DNA from: a virus
Lineage: Duplodnaviria; Caudoviricetes
Length of the DNA: 64,000 nt
IMG/VR virus record: IMGVR_UViG_3300023218_000062
Strand: one strand, 5' to 3'
Below, in pieces: positions 38,501 to 47,918 of the stretch (within the stretch, counting starts at the first letter, position 1; every line of letters begins with the position of its first letter). The translations under genes were made by a program, and so were the position numbers. The notes under the pieces are model-generated. The model was not told the DNA's origin, did no database searches, and saw nothing but the letters and a program-made list of their open reading frames with translations.

Positions 38501-38800
38501 GTGGCATTTGATGTAGAAAAAACACATTATTTTACATTAGCAGACGGTAGCAATATCTTAGTCTCTAAACTCCCAGATGCGATAAAGGATCAGGTGAAGA
38601 TATTTGATGAGATAAGAGAACATATAGTCGCAAAATCCTTTGAAGCTCAAGTATACCAATTAGCAGGTGAGCAGAAGAAGATACAACTCCAAAAAATGTT
38701 GGAAAACTATATAGAGGCACAAAAAACGGAGGAAGAAGACACCGCTAACGCCAATACAGAAGAGAGTTCTAAATCTGAATCCACGAATTTTAAATTTTAA
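38501..38800 (+). CDS. Hypothetical protein
   Basis: 99-aa ORF, AGGAG RBS, GTG start. Confidence 0.6.
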   Translation: MAFDVEKTHYFTLADGSNILVSKLPDAIKDQVKIFDEIREHIVAKSFEAQVYQLAGEQKKIQLQKMLENYIEAQKTEEEDTANANTEESSKSESTNFKF

Positions 38801-38842
38801 AAACCACGTCTGAAAAGAAAAAAGTTAAATAATTGTGAGGCA

Positions 38843-39373
38843 ATGTTAAATATCATGAATGATGATGAAGATTATAAAAAAGTTGAAACTGAAAAGAAAG
38901 CACATGCTTTAGAAAAATGGTTAAACTTGGAAGAAGGATCAACAGAAGTTGATAAGGTAAGGTACGAGTTTCCCAGAAAGGAATCTGAGAGGTATGATCC
39001 CAAAGATCGGGAAATAGAGGAGCAAGCTCATAAAATATTTGAAGAGGCCATGGCAGGCTATCATACATTAGAGTCGCTACTTGAAAAAATCGAACCCAAA
39101 TACAGGGCTAGGATGGCAGAAGTAGCATTAGCTTATTTAAATACAGCACTTAGTGCCACTGATAGCAAGAGTAAACAAAAAGAATCATTAGAAAAGCTCA
39201 GATTGCAAGAGGAAAAAATAACCAGAAACAGCCAGAAAAAACCGGGTAGTACAATATTTGTTACAGCAGACAGAAATAAATTACTAAAAGAATTGAGGAA
39301 TCAAGAAGATGAGGAAAACGGCGTCATTGATGTAAGTCCAGATGATATGAAGGAGGAAGAAAACGATGATTGA
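38843..39373 (+). CDS. Probable terminase small subunit (gp16-like)
   Basis: Helical core with ARMAEVALAYL and C-terminal TIFVTADRNKLLK resembling T4-like gp16. Confidence 0.55.
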   Translation: MLNIMNDDEDYKKVETEKKAHALEKWLNLEEGSTEVDKVRYEFPRKESERYDPKDREIEEQAHKIFEEAMAGYHTLESLLEKIEPKYRARMAEVALAYLNTALSATDSKSKQKESLEKLRLQEEKITRNSQKKPGSTIFVTADRNKLLKELRNQEDEENGVIDVSPDDMKEEENDD

Positions 39374-40181
39374 TGCTAATCATAGGAAAGATCAAATAAT
39401 AAAATTGATTCGAGAATGTATTGTATCATTGCGACAAAATGGAACAATTTTTATAAATGAGGAAAGGTACGAAGACATATTAAATTTCATTCCAACTATA
39501 AAATTATTATGCAACTTTTTGACAAAAGATTCAAATAACTGTGAAATATATTGCGAAAGAATAAAAGACACAAATAATATTGTTGTTTACAAGGGAGACT
39601 TTGATCATCTTGGGGAATTATATAATATAATTTGCTCAGATACTGTAACATTTTCCGGAACAATAGGCGTCCAACAGGTTGAAAAGGATGGGGGAGTTTC
39701 AGCGCATATGGATTACCTTAGATTATTTCTTGAGCCAAGAGGATTGGATTTTATAGCTAAGAATTTGGATCTTCAAAATAAAGATGTAAAAGATGAATCA
39801 AATGTTATAAAATTATATATGAATTTATATGCGAGATTAAAAAGATATTTTGAAGATTTTCCTATGGCGATGTATTCCTTAATGACAGGAATTAAAAAGG
39901 TATATGAGCTTCCTAACCGTGGGATAATAATAACACCAGATAAATTTGAAATGGTAGATTTTAGAAATTTTAAGAATGTAAACCTTATTAATAAATCACA
40001 GGATTCCTTCACGTATAAATTATCTGATAATACACCAAATTTGAAAATTTACCATGAAGGTATTAAACTAATGCATCTTAGAACCAAAATAGATTATAAA
40101 AGCAAAAAGTTCAGACTTCGTTTTATGATGGAAACGGGCAAGAATTTTTTTAAAGTATTTGAAAAATTATCGGAGAACTAA
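39366..40181 (+). CDS. Hypothetical protein
   Basis: 271-aa ORF. Confidence 0.6.
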   Translation: MIDANHRKDQIIKLIRECIVSLRQNGTIFINEERYEDILNFIPTIKLLCNFLTKDSNNCEIYCERIKDTNNIVVYKGDFDHLGELYNIICSDTVTFSGTIGVQQVEKDGGVSAHMDYLRLFLEPRGLDFIAKNLDLQNKDVKDESNVIKLYMNLYARLKRYFEDFPMAMYSLMTGIKKVYELPNRGIIITPDKFEMVDFRNFKNVNLINKSQDSFTYKLSDNTPNLKIYHEGIKLMHLRTKIDYKSKKFRLRFMMETGKNFFKVFEKLSEN

Positions 40182-40184
40182 AAA

Positions 40185-41891
40185 ATGGTATTTACAAGAT
40201 TTGAAAATATGGAAGATTTTTTAGCTAAGTATAAAGCTGCGCATAAGTCAAAACTTAAAATTGAAGAATTGGCTTATATAATGAATGTAAAGCCTGATAC
40301 TATAGCCAGAAGAAAAATAACAGTCAAACATCATATGGGAGTTGAACTTCCGCAATTAAAAAGGTATGGGGGAGATTTAAAGAAAGTAAATTCTGTTATA
40401 CCGTCAGAAGAGAGTAATGAAAAATTTTGTAGAGAATTAGCCAAACTGGAAGAAGCAAACAAAAGGTTTGTAGTTGAAGAAAAGAGAGAAAAACGTAAAA
40501 TTTATGTTATAACGTCAGCCCAAAATGCCACTCCGATATTTACAAGCTTTCTAGATTGTATAAAGGTTTATCTCAGGGAACGGAACGCCGAACTTATGGT
40601 TATTCCTAATAGATATCGAAACCCGACATCAATATGGTCTGATATGAATAAAGACAATGAATGGTGGGATCACCGAATTCAAAAATATTTGGTCGAAAAA
40701 AGAGTTAAACTCAACAACAATATTGATATAATGGGGAATATAAAAATACAACCCACTGCAGTTAACCCATTAAGTGGTTTTGAAACTTATACCGGAGAGT
40801 CTTCTGCCATATTTGGACATCCGTCAATTCAATTGAAGAGTGTTCCAACTCCAGCCAAATCCATGCCTAAAATATTATCTACTACAGGTTCAATAACACA
40901 ACCTAACTATACAGATAGTAAAGCGGGACACAAAGGAGAATTTAACCACTGTTATGCAGGGACTATTGTGGAAATAGATGGTGACGCTTTTTATACTAGA
41001 CATATTCATGCAAATGATGATGGTGAATTTTATGATTTAGATCGTTATTATACTGCGGATGGATCTCGTAAAACAGATTCGATTCCTGCACTTATAACGG
41101 GAGATATACATGCAGTATTTCATGATGAAAATGTAGAAAAGGCAACATATACCAACGACGATTCTATAGTTAACACACTAAAACCAGAAAATTGGGTTAT
41201 TCATGATTTAGAGGATTTTTATTCTAGAAATCATCACCATAGAGACAATGATATATTAGCATTTGGAAAGCATCATTTTAAAAAACGGGATAATGTTGAA
41301 GAAAGCCTACAAATTTCAGCAGATTTCGTTGATAAACATTCCAGACCTTTTATGCAAAATATAATTGTTAGGTCTAATCATGATGAGGCTTTTGATCGGT
41401 GGTTAAAAGAGGCTGATCCTAAAAAAGATCCAGAAAATGCACTTTTTTATCATTATATGAAATATTATCAATATAAAAATGTGGTAGAAACACCCACTAG
41501 CTATAAAACCATAGATGCATTTGAATTTTGGTGTAAAAATCCAGAGTCGTGTAGAGGATTAGCAAATATAGAAAATACTACATTTCTTAGTAGAGATGAG
41601 AGAGATCCTAAAAGAGTTATAAAAGGAATAGAAATAGGTTACCATGGTGATAAGGGGCCTAATGGAACACGGGGGAATTTAAGTAATCTATCTAAAATGG
41701 GACCCAAAATTATTATAGGTCACAGTCATACCCCCGGAATATTACATGGAACATATCAAGTGGGGGTCAGTGCCAGAATAGATTTGGAATATGCTTCTGG
41801 TCCTTCAAGCTGGCTTCATACACATTGCTTGATATACCCCGATGGTCATAGGACGCTAATACATATAGTAAAGGGAAAATGGAGATTATAA
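40185..41891 (+). CDS. Calcineurin-like metallophosphoesterase with N-terminal HTH-like region
   Basis: GDIH, HDLED, SNHD, YHGD, GHSH motifs. Confidence 0.75.
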   Translation: MVFTRFENMEDFLAKYKAAHKSKLKIEELAYIMNVKPDTIARRKITVKHHMGVELPQLKRYGGDLKKVNSVIPSEESNEKFCRELAKLEEANKRFVVEEKREKRKIYVITSAQNATPIFTSFLDCIKVYLRERNAELMVIPNRYRNPTSIWSDMNKDNEWWDHRIQKYLVEKRVKLNNNIDIMGNIKIQPTAVNPLSGFETYTGESSAIFGHPSIQLKSVPTPAKSMPKILSTTGSITQPNYTDSKAGHKGEFNHCYAGTIVEIDGDAFYTRHIHANDDGEFYDLDRYYTADGSRKTDSIPALITGDIHAVFHDENVEKATYTNDDSIVNTLKPENWVIHDLEDFYSRNHHHRDNDILAFGKHHFKKRDNVEESLQISADFVDKHSRPFMQNIIVRSNHDEAFDRWLKEADPKKDPENALFYHYMKYYQYKNVVETPTSYKTIDAFEFWCKNPESCRGLANIENTTFLSRDERDPKRVIKGIEIGYHGDKGPNGTRGNLSNLSKMGPKIIIGHSHTPGILHGTYQVGVSARIDLEYASGPSSWLHTHCLIYPDGHRTLIHIVKGKWRL

Positions 41892-41906
41892 AATGGAGAT
41901 TATAAA

Positions 41907-42835
41907 ATGAATAAAGTAGGAAAAAATTTATATCATGTAAAAGTAGACTTCTCTGCTAGTTGGGAAAAAACGCCAATTACTAAAAAGGAAAAATATTTAG
42001 ATAGTTTACGACGGAGTTTAAAACACAATTTTCCAGAGTACTCGTGGATAGTGACGGATGATAGGATAAGCATAGAAAGTATTTCTCCAACCGACGCACC
42101 AGAACTTTATGAAGTGGATGAATTATACAACCATCAACAGCTTATGTTAGATAACATGAAATCTGATGGTAATACTATTATTGAAACGTCTAGACGATCT
42201 ATACCCTGCTGAAATATATTAAATATATATTAGAACATAACGAAGGCTATCTTATTCGGTACAACGGACCAAATTCATATTTTACTAGTGGTACATTTCA
42301 AAAACTAGAGAACCTGTTAAGGTCTGATACGACTATCTTTTCCCCGCCTGATTCGGAATATAAAATAATAAAAAATGAACTGAGTTATAGGGGTAACACC
42401 GTAAGAACACAATCTGGTAATGATAATGGTGACATTAGGGGAATGCGATATAATGGAGTAATAGACATTTATGATAATGTACGTATAGATAATAAATTTT
42501 TTACTAAGTTAAGCGACAAACCAATTGTAGAATCTTCATGTGATGGAAATCATAAAATTATATGTATGCGTACTGGAACCCCTGATAGTTTATATAGAAA
42601 AGCACTATTAACTGGAGAATTAGGTAATATAAAATTCAAGAACAAATTGAAATTAGATTATACTGAGTTAGATTTATTAAATGATAGAGAAAGTGACATA
42701 CTAAAACTTTCAGATAATAGAAAATATGAACACCTTAAATCTACATTGGGAGAAGAAAATTTTGAGCAAGAATATGGTTTAAAATTGGAGTTTTCTAATA
42801 TCTCGCCATATTATTATGCTAAAACAAAATTTTAA
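41907..42835 (+). pseudogene. Frameshifted terminase-ATPase paralogue
   Basis: ORF 41907..42212 ends LYNHQQLMLDNMKSDGNTIIETSRRS; -1 frame open 42194..42835 ends TLGEENFEQEY; both align by eye to TerL, Walker A GKT missing at the junction. Confidence 0.55.
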
Positions 42836-42916
42836 AGTCTTCTCTTTAAGGTCTTCTCTTTAAAGTCGTTTATTTAAAACAATAATAAATATCTGTGACC
42901 CTTCATAGATATTTGC

Positions 42917-43537
42917 ATGAGTAGACGTAGAGACCCTAGATTAAAAAAAGCACATGAAGAAATAGAATTTGATCAGAGTATGGTCAGAGAACTCATGCGC
43001 TGTTCTACTGATCCAAAGTATTTTATAAAAAATTATATCAAGGTTAAACACCCCAAAAGGGGTAAAATTCCTTTTGCATTGTATGACTATCAGGAAGAAA
43101 TGGTAGATCTTTATAATAGTGATGATGATGTAATTATTATGAGTGCCAGACAAACAGGTAAAACCGAATCAATTTGTGCCTATCTTCTTTGGTATGCAAT
43201 ATTTAATGAAGATGTAACAGTTTTGGTAGTATCTAATAACTCTACTAATGCGATGGAAATTATTTCAAAAGTTCAATATGCATATAAAGAATTGGATAAT
43301 TGGATTAAACCCGGAATTGATGATGATTCATGGAACAAGCACGAATGTAAATTTGATAATGGCTCAAGGATAGTTTCTACTACTACCACTGAAGATTCTG
43401 GCCGAGGTATGGCGATATCGTTATTGTATTGTCATCATAAAGATTCTACTGTTACTGTACGAGATAAATTGACTGGCGAGGTTAAAGAGATTACACTAGA
43501 AAAGCTTTATGATGATTTGTCTAATGGAAAAGAGTGA
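42917..43537 (+). CDS. gp17: Terminase large subunit fragment A (171-aa extein + 35-aa IntN1)
   Basis: LYDYQ adenine motif, SARQTGKT Walker A, SGRGMAISLLY then CHHKDSTV intein block A. Confidence 0.92.
   Translation: MSRRRDPRLKKAHEEIEFDQSMVRELMRCSTDPKYFIKNYIKVKHPKRGKIPFALYDYQEEMVDLYNSDDDVIIMSARQTGKTESICAYLLWYAIFNEDVTVLVVSNNSTNAMEIISKVQYAYKELDNWIKPGIDDDSWNKHECKFDNGSRIVSTTTTEDSGRGMAISLLYCHHKDSTVTVRDKLTGEVKEITLEKLYDDLSNGKE
43430..43534 (+). mobile_element. Split intein 1, N-fragment (35 aa)
   Basis: CHHKDSTVTVRDKLTGEVKEITLEKLYDDL then stop. Confidence 0.85.
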
Positions 43538-45164
43538 AATAATAGAATATATTGAAAAAAAGAGGAAAATATCAAACAAATTTACCAAACCTCCTAAAGA
43601 ATTTGTTGATAGTTTAAAAAGACATACGTCGCATTTAAAAATTTGTGATAGAACGCCAGTAACTGCACAACTCATATGGCATTTTGAATATAATAAAGAC
43701 ACGCCATCCTGTCAAGAATGTGGTGTTAAAAATGTTAAATGGAATGAAGCAAAAAGAAATTATAGATCTTTTTGCTCGCCAAAATGCGCAAATAACAACA
43801 AGCATAAAAAAGAAAAAATAAAAAAAACCCAAGAAGAAAATGGGGGACATCCCTCTATCAGACCTGAAGTACAGAAACGATCAAAAGAAACTAATATGGT
43901 TAGATATGGAACACCATATATCTTAAAAAATAAAAGCATACGAGCTAAAGCAATTAAAACTAATTTAGAAAGATATGGTTTCCCATCTTATACCCAAACA
44001 CCTAAAGCACGAAAGGAAAAAAGTGAATGGCTGAAAGACAACCCAGATCACATGAAATTAATGCACCAAAAATCTAAAGAATATAAACAAACAGAAGAAT
44101 ATAAAAATAATTATAGGGATACATGTATAAAAAGGTTAAATATAAATGTAAAGAATGAAAGCGAGTTTAAAAATTATTTAAAAAAACAACATATAGAGAA
44201 TAAAAAAACCGCTACAGAGATATCTCAAGAAATAGGGATGCATATTAGTAGTGTTTGCAAATGGTTAGGAAAGATGGATGTTGATCGTAAATATTATTAC
44301 ACATCAACAGAACAAAATGAAGTATATGATTTTTTAAAAGAATATGATGTAGATCTACGATCTAATGTCAGAGATGTCATCAGTGGGATAGAATTGGATA
44401 TATATGCACCAGATAAAAAAATCGCAATAGAATATTGTGGGCTATATTGGCATTCTGAGATACATAAACATACAACATATCATAGAGAAAAATATTTGAA
44501 ATGTAAAGAACAAGGAATAAAATTAATAACCATATTTCAGGATGAGTGGTTACATAAAAAAAATATAGTAAAAAAAATGTTATTGGCAAAACTTGGTCTT
44601 TTATCTGATACTAAATTGTATGCTAGAAATACTTATTGCAAAGGCGTCTTGGATTATAAAAATGTTGAGAATTTTTTAGAGCGAAACCACATTCAGGGGA
44701 GGTCTAGTGGATCATTTTACATAGGGCTGTTTGATGATTCAAATGAATTAGTTGCTATTGGGGTTTTTAGGAAAAAGTCTGAATGTGAATATGAATTGAC
44801 ACGATATGCTACTAGTACTTTAGTTATAGGTGGATTTTCAAAAATATTGAAAGGGCTTGAACGGAAAATCGAAAAGGGTAAATCGGTTATAATTTCGACC
44901 TTTGCAGACCTCAGATATTCAGAAGGAAATCTATACCAAAAGACCGGTTTTAATTTGGTAAAAGAATTAAAACCTGATTACAGTTTTGCTAAAAGAGATA
45001 TCAGAATGCATAAATTTAATATGCGAGAACTAGTACGAGAAAACTCGAAAGAGTTAGAGAATGATAACTATTCTATAAATAAAATAGCCAGCATATTAGG
45101 GTATTATAAAATATATGATTGCGGGAAACAAAAATACACAAAAACAATCACTGGTAGAAAATAA
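43509..45164 (+). CDS. Free-standing Hef-like homing endonuclease between IntN1 and IntC1; likely start ATG 43523
   Basis: ELDIYAPDKKIAIEYCGLYWH, IFQDEW, NHIQG, ELTRYA, STFADLRYSEGNLY, IYDCG. Confidence 0.8.
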   Translation: MMICLMEKSEIIEYIEKKRKISNKFTKPPKEFVDSLKRHTSHLKICDRTPVTAQLIWHFEYNKDTPSCQECGVKNVKWNEAKRNYRSFCSPKCANNNKHKKEKIKKTQEENGGHPSIRPEVQKRSKETNMVRYGTPYILKNKSIRAKAIKTNLERYGFPSYTQTPKARKEKSEWLKDNPDHMKLMHQKSKEYKQTEEYKNNYRDTCIKRLNINVKNESEFKNYLKKQHIENKKTATEISQEIGMHISSVCKWLGKMDVDRKYYYTSTEQNEVYDFLKEYDVDLRSNVRDVISGIELDIYAPDKKIAIEYCGLYWHSEIHKHTTYHREKYLKCKEQGIKLITIFQDEWLHKKNIVKKMLLAKLGLLSDTKLYARNTYCKGVLDYKNVENFLERNHIQGRSSGSFYIGLFDDSNELVAIGVFRKKSECEYELTRYATSTLVIGGFSKILKGLERKIEKGKSVIISTFADLRYSEGNLYQKTGFNLVKELKPDYSFAKRDIRMHKFNMRELVRENSKELENDNYSINKIASILGYYKIYDCGKQKYTKTITGRK

Positions 45165-45474
45165 TAGATATGAAATATTAACACCAAATGGATGGGAAGA
45201 TTTTTTAGGAGTAACAAAAAATCAAAAAGATTTTGAATCTATAGAAATAGAGACTAAATCCGGAAAAACAATTCACTCAACTAAAAATCATAGACATTGT
45301 TCAAAATCTGGTGAATATATTCCGGTTAATGAATTTAAAGAGAATGACGAAATTCATACTACCGAGGGATTAGAAAAAATAATACATATTACAGAAAAAA
45401 ATCTCAGTGAGACTTATGATATATTTAAAACTGATTCTAATACTGTAATTGTGAATAAAGTATACACCCATAAT
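45115..45474 (+). mobile_element. Split intein 1, C-fragment (120 aa)
   Basis: ILTPNGW, block B STKNH, TYDI, terminal THN followed by Cys+1. Confidence 0.85.
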
Positions 45475-46119
45475 TGTGACGAACTCGCATTCGTTAAGTC
45501 CAGTATACAGGAAAAGTTCTGGACATCTATATCTCCAACTTTGGCTACGGGAGGAAAGTGTATAATATCTTCTACTCCAAATGGAAACTCAAATTTATTT
45601 GCAGAATTATGGCGGGGAGCAAATAATGAGATAAATTCGTTCAAATATAAGCATGTTCCATGGGATGCCCCACCGGGTAGGGATGAAGAATTTAAACGTC
45701 AGCAAATAGGGAAGATCGGTAAAAGAAAATGGTATCAAGAGTATGAGTGTTGCCATCCGACCTCGTTAATAGAGTTGAGCGACAATGATGAACGCATGTT
45801 TGTTAAAGTACCAATTTCTTTAGCATATGAGTGTCTACGCAACAATAAAGATATATTTAATTTATCACCACCGTGCCTGACTGGAAAATATGTCATTTCT
45901 CCATTAGATGGAAATAAGTATTGTAGAAAAAACGGTAGATTTTTGATGCACCTTAAGGAAAATGGATATATATCATATGAAGATTTTTTTGAAAGTTTAT
46001 TCCCCCAGCACAAAAAAGTCTGTTCCTATTGTAGAAAAACAGCTTCTTTCAACAATTCTACCATGAGTTATTTACGAACATGTGGGGATCGTGTATGTGT
46101 TGGAAAAGAAACATCTTAG
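45115..46119 (+). CDS. gp17: Terminase large subunit fragment B (IntC1 + 91-aa extein + IntN2 with endonuclease remnant)
   Basis: YTHN|CDELAFV (Walker B), ISSTPNG, WYQEYE|CCHPTSLI. Confidence 0.9.
   Translation: MIAGNKNTQKQSLVENNRYEILTPNGWEDFLGVTKNQKDFESIEIETKSGKTIHSTKNHRHCSKSGEYIPVNEFKENDEIHTTEGLEKIIHITEKNLSETYDIFKTDSNTVIVNKVYTHNCDELAFVKSSIQEKFWTSISPTLATGGKCIISSTPNGNSNLFAELWRGANNEINSFKYKHVPWDAPPGRDEEFKRQQIGKIGKRKWYQEYECCHPTSLIELSDNDERMFVKVPISLAYECLRNNKDIFNLSPPCLTGKYVISPLDGNKYCRKNGRFLMHLKENGYISYEDFFESLFPQHKKVCSYCRKTASFNNSTMSYLRTCGDRVCVGKETS
45748..46116 (+). mobile_element. Split intein 2, N-fragment fused to an endonuclease N-terminal remnant
   Basis: CCHPTSLI...ISLAYECL (~30 aa), then Cys-rich CSYC...CGDRVC tail. 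Confidence 0.75.
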
Positions 46120-46176
46120 GACACCATAATTTGCAAATGTTGGATAGTAGAGAAAATAGAAGGAAGAGTTTCAAAT

Positions 46177-46518
46177 ATGAATAACTTGGCGTTCAATGAT
46201 AATAACTGGAAAATAAAATCAATCAATGGCTATGAATCTTTTACAGGAATAGCTAATATGGGAAGTAAGAAAATTTATGAAGTAAACTTTTCTGATAATA
46301 CTAAAATTAAGGTTACTAAACACCACAAATTCATTAATACGAACCTAGATGTGATTGAAGTTATTAATTTAAAATCAGGAGACCAACTATTATCAACAAA
46401 TAGCAATGTTGTTAAAATAGTCAACGGCATACATAAAACAGATGAAAAAACAGACGTATACGATGTAATTGAGTCTTCCAGTAATATGTTTTTTTTGAAT
46501 GGTGTATTAAGTCACAAT
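46177..46518 (+). mobile_element. Split intein 2, C-fragment (114 aa)
   Basis: IKSINGY, block B VTKHHKF, VYDV, NGVLSHN followed by Cys+1. Confidence 0.85.
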
Positions 46519-47322
46519 TGTCGCTTTTTATCAGAAGATCATACTCTTATTGATACCATGATCATCAACAACATTGAAAATGAAATGGATGAGAAATATA
46601 AGGATAACGGCGGAGACCCACCAGTAGCATTCAAGATTGGAGATCTTGAATTCTTTAAGAAGATAAATAAATCCATGGCATATTTAGTGTCTGTTGACGT
46701 TGCATCAGGATCAGGAAGTGACTTTTCTGTTATTGAAGTAACGGAATTTCCGAGTATGGAACAGGTGTTGGAATTTAGATCTAATAACACAAATGAAAAA
46801 TTTTTATATTCCAGACTTAAGAATATTCTCCTATTTTTGCAACAAAATAGTAAAGAAGTCTATTTCTCTGTAGAGAATAATGGATTGGGTGCAAGTATAT
46901 TGGCATTGTATGAATATGATGAATCACCACCGCAAAGCGCATACCTCATTTCTGATAGTAACAACAAGAGGCTAGGTCTTTCAATGTCTGAAACAACTAA
47001 ACGTACAGCTAGTATGAAACTTAAAAATATGATTGAAACAAGATCATATAAATTTTATTCTAAACAAATAATTAAAGAACTAAAGAGCTATACGCGTCAA
47101 GGCGCCAACTTTAAGGCAGAGGTGGGATCTACTGATGACACTATATCAGCATTATTAATCCTAATGAGAATGTTAGAAGAAATGGCTGACTATAATCCAT
47201 ATGCGTTCGATAAGATTTATAATATAAAAGGACAGGATGATAAACAGGAAGAATTTGATGAAGAATTTGTAGACGATCCTAAGACACTAGATGATATGCC
47301 GATGCCTATTAGTATAGCCTGA
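46177..47322 (+). CDS. gp17: Terminase large subunit fragment C (IntC2 + nuclease domain)
   Basis: LSHN|CRFLS, VDVASGSGSDFS, VENNGLG, DDTISAL. Confidence 0.92.
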   Translation: MNNLAFNDNNWKIKSINGYESFTGIANMGSKKIYEVNFSDNTKIKVTKHHKFINTNLDVIEVINLKSGDQLLSTNSNVVKIVNGIHKTDEKTDVYDVIESSSNMFFLNGVLSHNCRFLSEDHTLIDTMIINNIENEMDEKYKDNGGDPPVAFKIGDLEFFKKINKSMAYLVSVDVASGSGSDFSVIEVTEFPSMEQVLEFRSNNTNEKFLYSRLKNILLFLQQNSKEVYFSVENNGLGASILALYEYDESPPQSAYLISDSNNKRLGLSMSETTKRTASMKLKNMIETRSYKFYSKQIIKELKSYTRQGANFKAEVGSTDDTISALLILMRMLEEMADYNPYAFDKIYNIKGQDDKQEEFDEEFVDDPKTLDDMPMPISIA

Positions 47323-47360
47323 AGATTTATATAAATAGAACATAATATATAATGTTATGA

Positions 47361-47918
47361 ATGAAACTAGAATCTCTATTTTTATTTGAAAGGACAATGG
47401 GTTCTTTAGTATCGGTGACTAGAAACTCATTTGGTCCCGATAGAGACACTAATTCTAATGCGGTACAAGTTAAGGATGTACAATATATACCATTGGTTGA
47501 GCAAGGAATGATGCAAGTTAAAGCTAGGACCTTTAGTGGCCCTGATGCTAATGAATATCAATCTATCATATCGATAGATGATGTTGAATATATAAATGAA
47601 GAAGAATTTAATAATATGCAAGGAACGAGCGAGGTAGTATTTGAACTTATATCTTCTGGTGGAACGCCATTTTATGTTAAAGATAATAGAACAAATAATG
47701 ATGTAAAGGTTAGATGTACTTGTGAGGATTTTAGATGGAGATTTGCCAAATATAATTATAATGATCAGAGTCTACAAGGTGACCCACCAGAAGCGTATGC
47801 GAAGAAAACGGATAGACCCTCTGTGAATCCACATAATACACCGGGAGTTTGTAAACATCTAATTAAACTTAAGAAAGAATTAGAAAGAGACGATTTTTTT
47901 AGAACAGTGTTGCAGTAA
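47361..47918 (+). CDS. SWIM zinc-finger protein
   Basis: VRCTCEDF...GVCKHL; late promoter at 47330. Confidence 0.7.
   Translation: MKLESLFLFERTMGSLVSVTRNSFGPDRDTNSNAVQVKDVQYIPLVEQGMMQVKARTFSGPDANEYQSIISIDDVEYINEEEFNNMQGTSEVVFELISSGGTPFYVKDNRTNNDVKVRCTCEDFRWRFAKYNYNDQSLQGDPPEAYAKKTDRPSVNPHNTPGVCKHLIKLKKELERDDFFRTVLQ

Noticed and set aside
42836-42877. Short tandem repeat GTCTTCTCTTTAA x2 upstream of terL
   Set aside because: Two copies of a low-complexity unit; cannot support a pac-site or regulatory call
43538-45114. Group I intron interrupting terL
   Set aside because: The endonuclease ORF overlaps both flanking intein ORFs, leaving no room for a ribozyme core, and the flanks carry clear intein blocks
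46117-46119. Genome-wide TAG reassignment to explain the in-frame stop in intein 2
   Set aside because: Conserved genes here are intact without internal TAGs, and TAG ends ordinary ORFs (6416, 31483); local read-through remains untested
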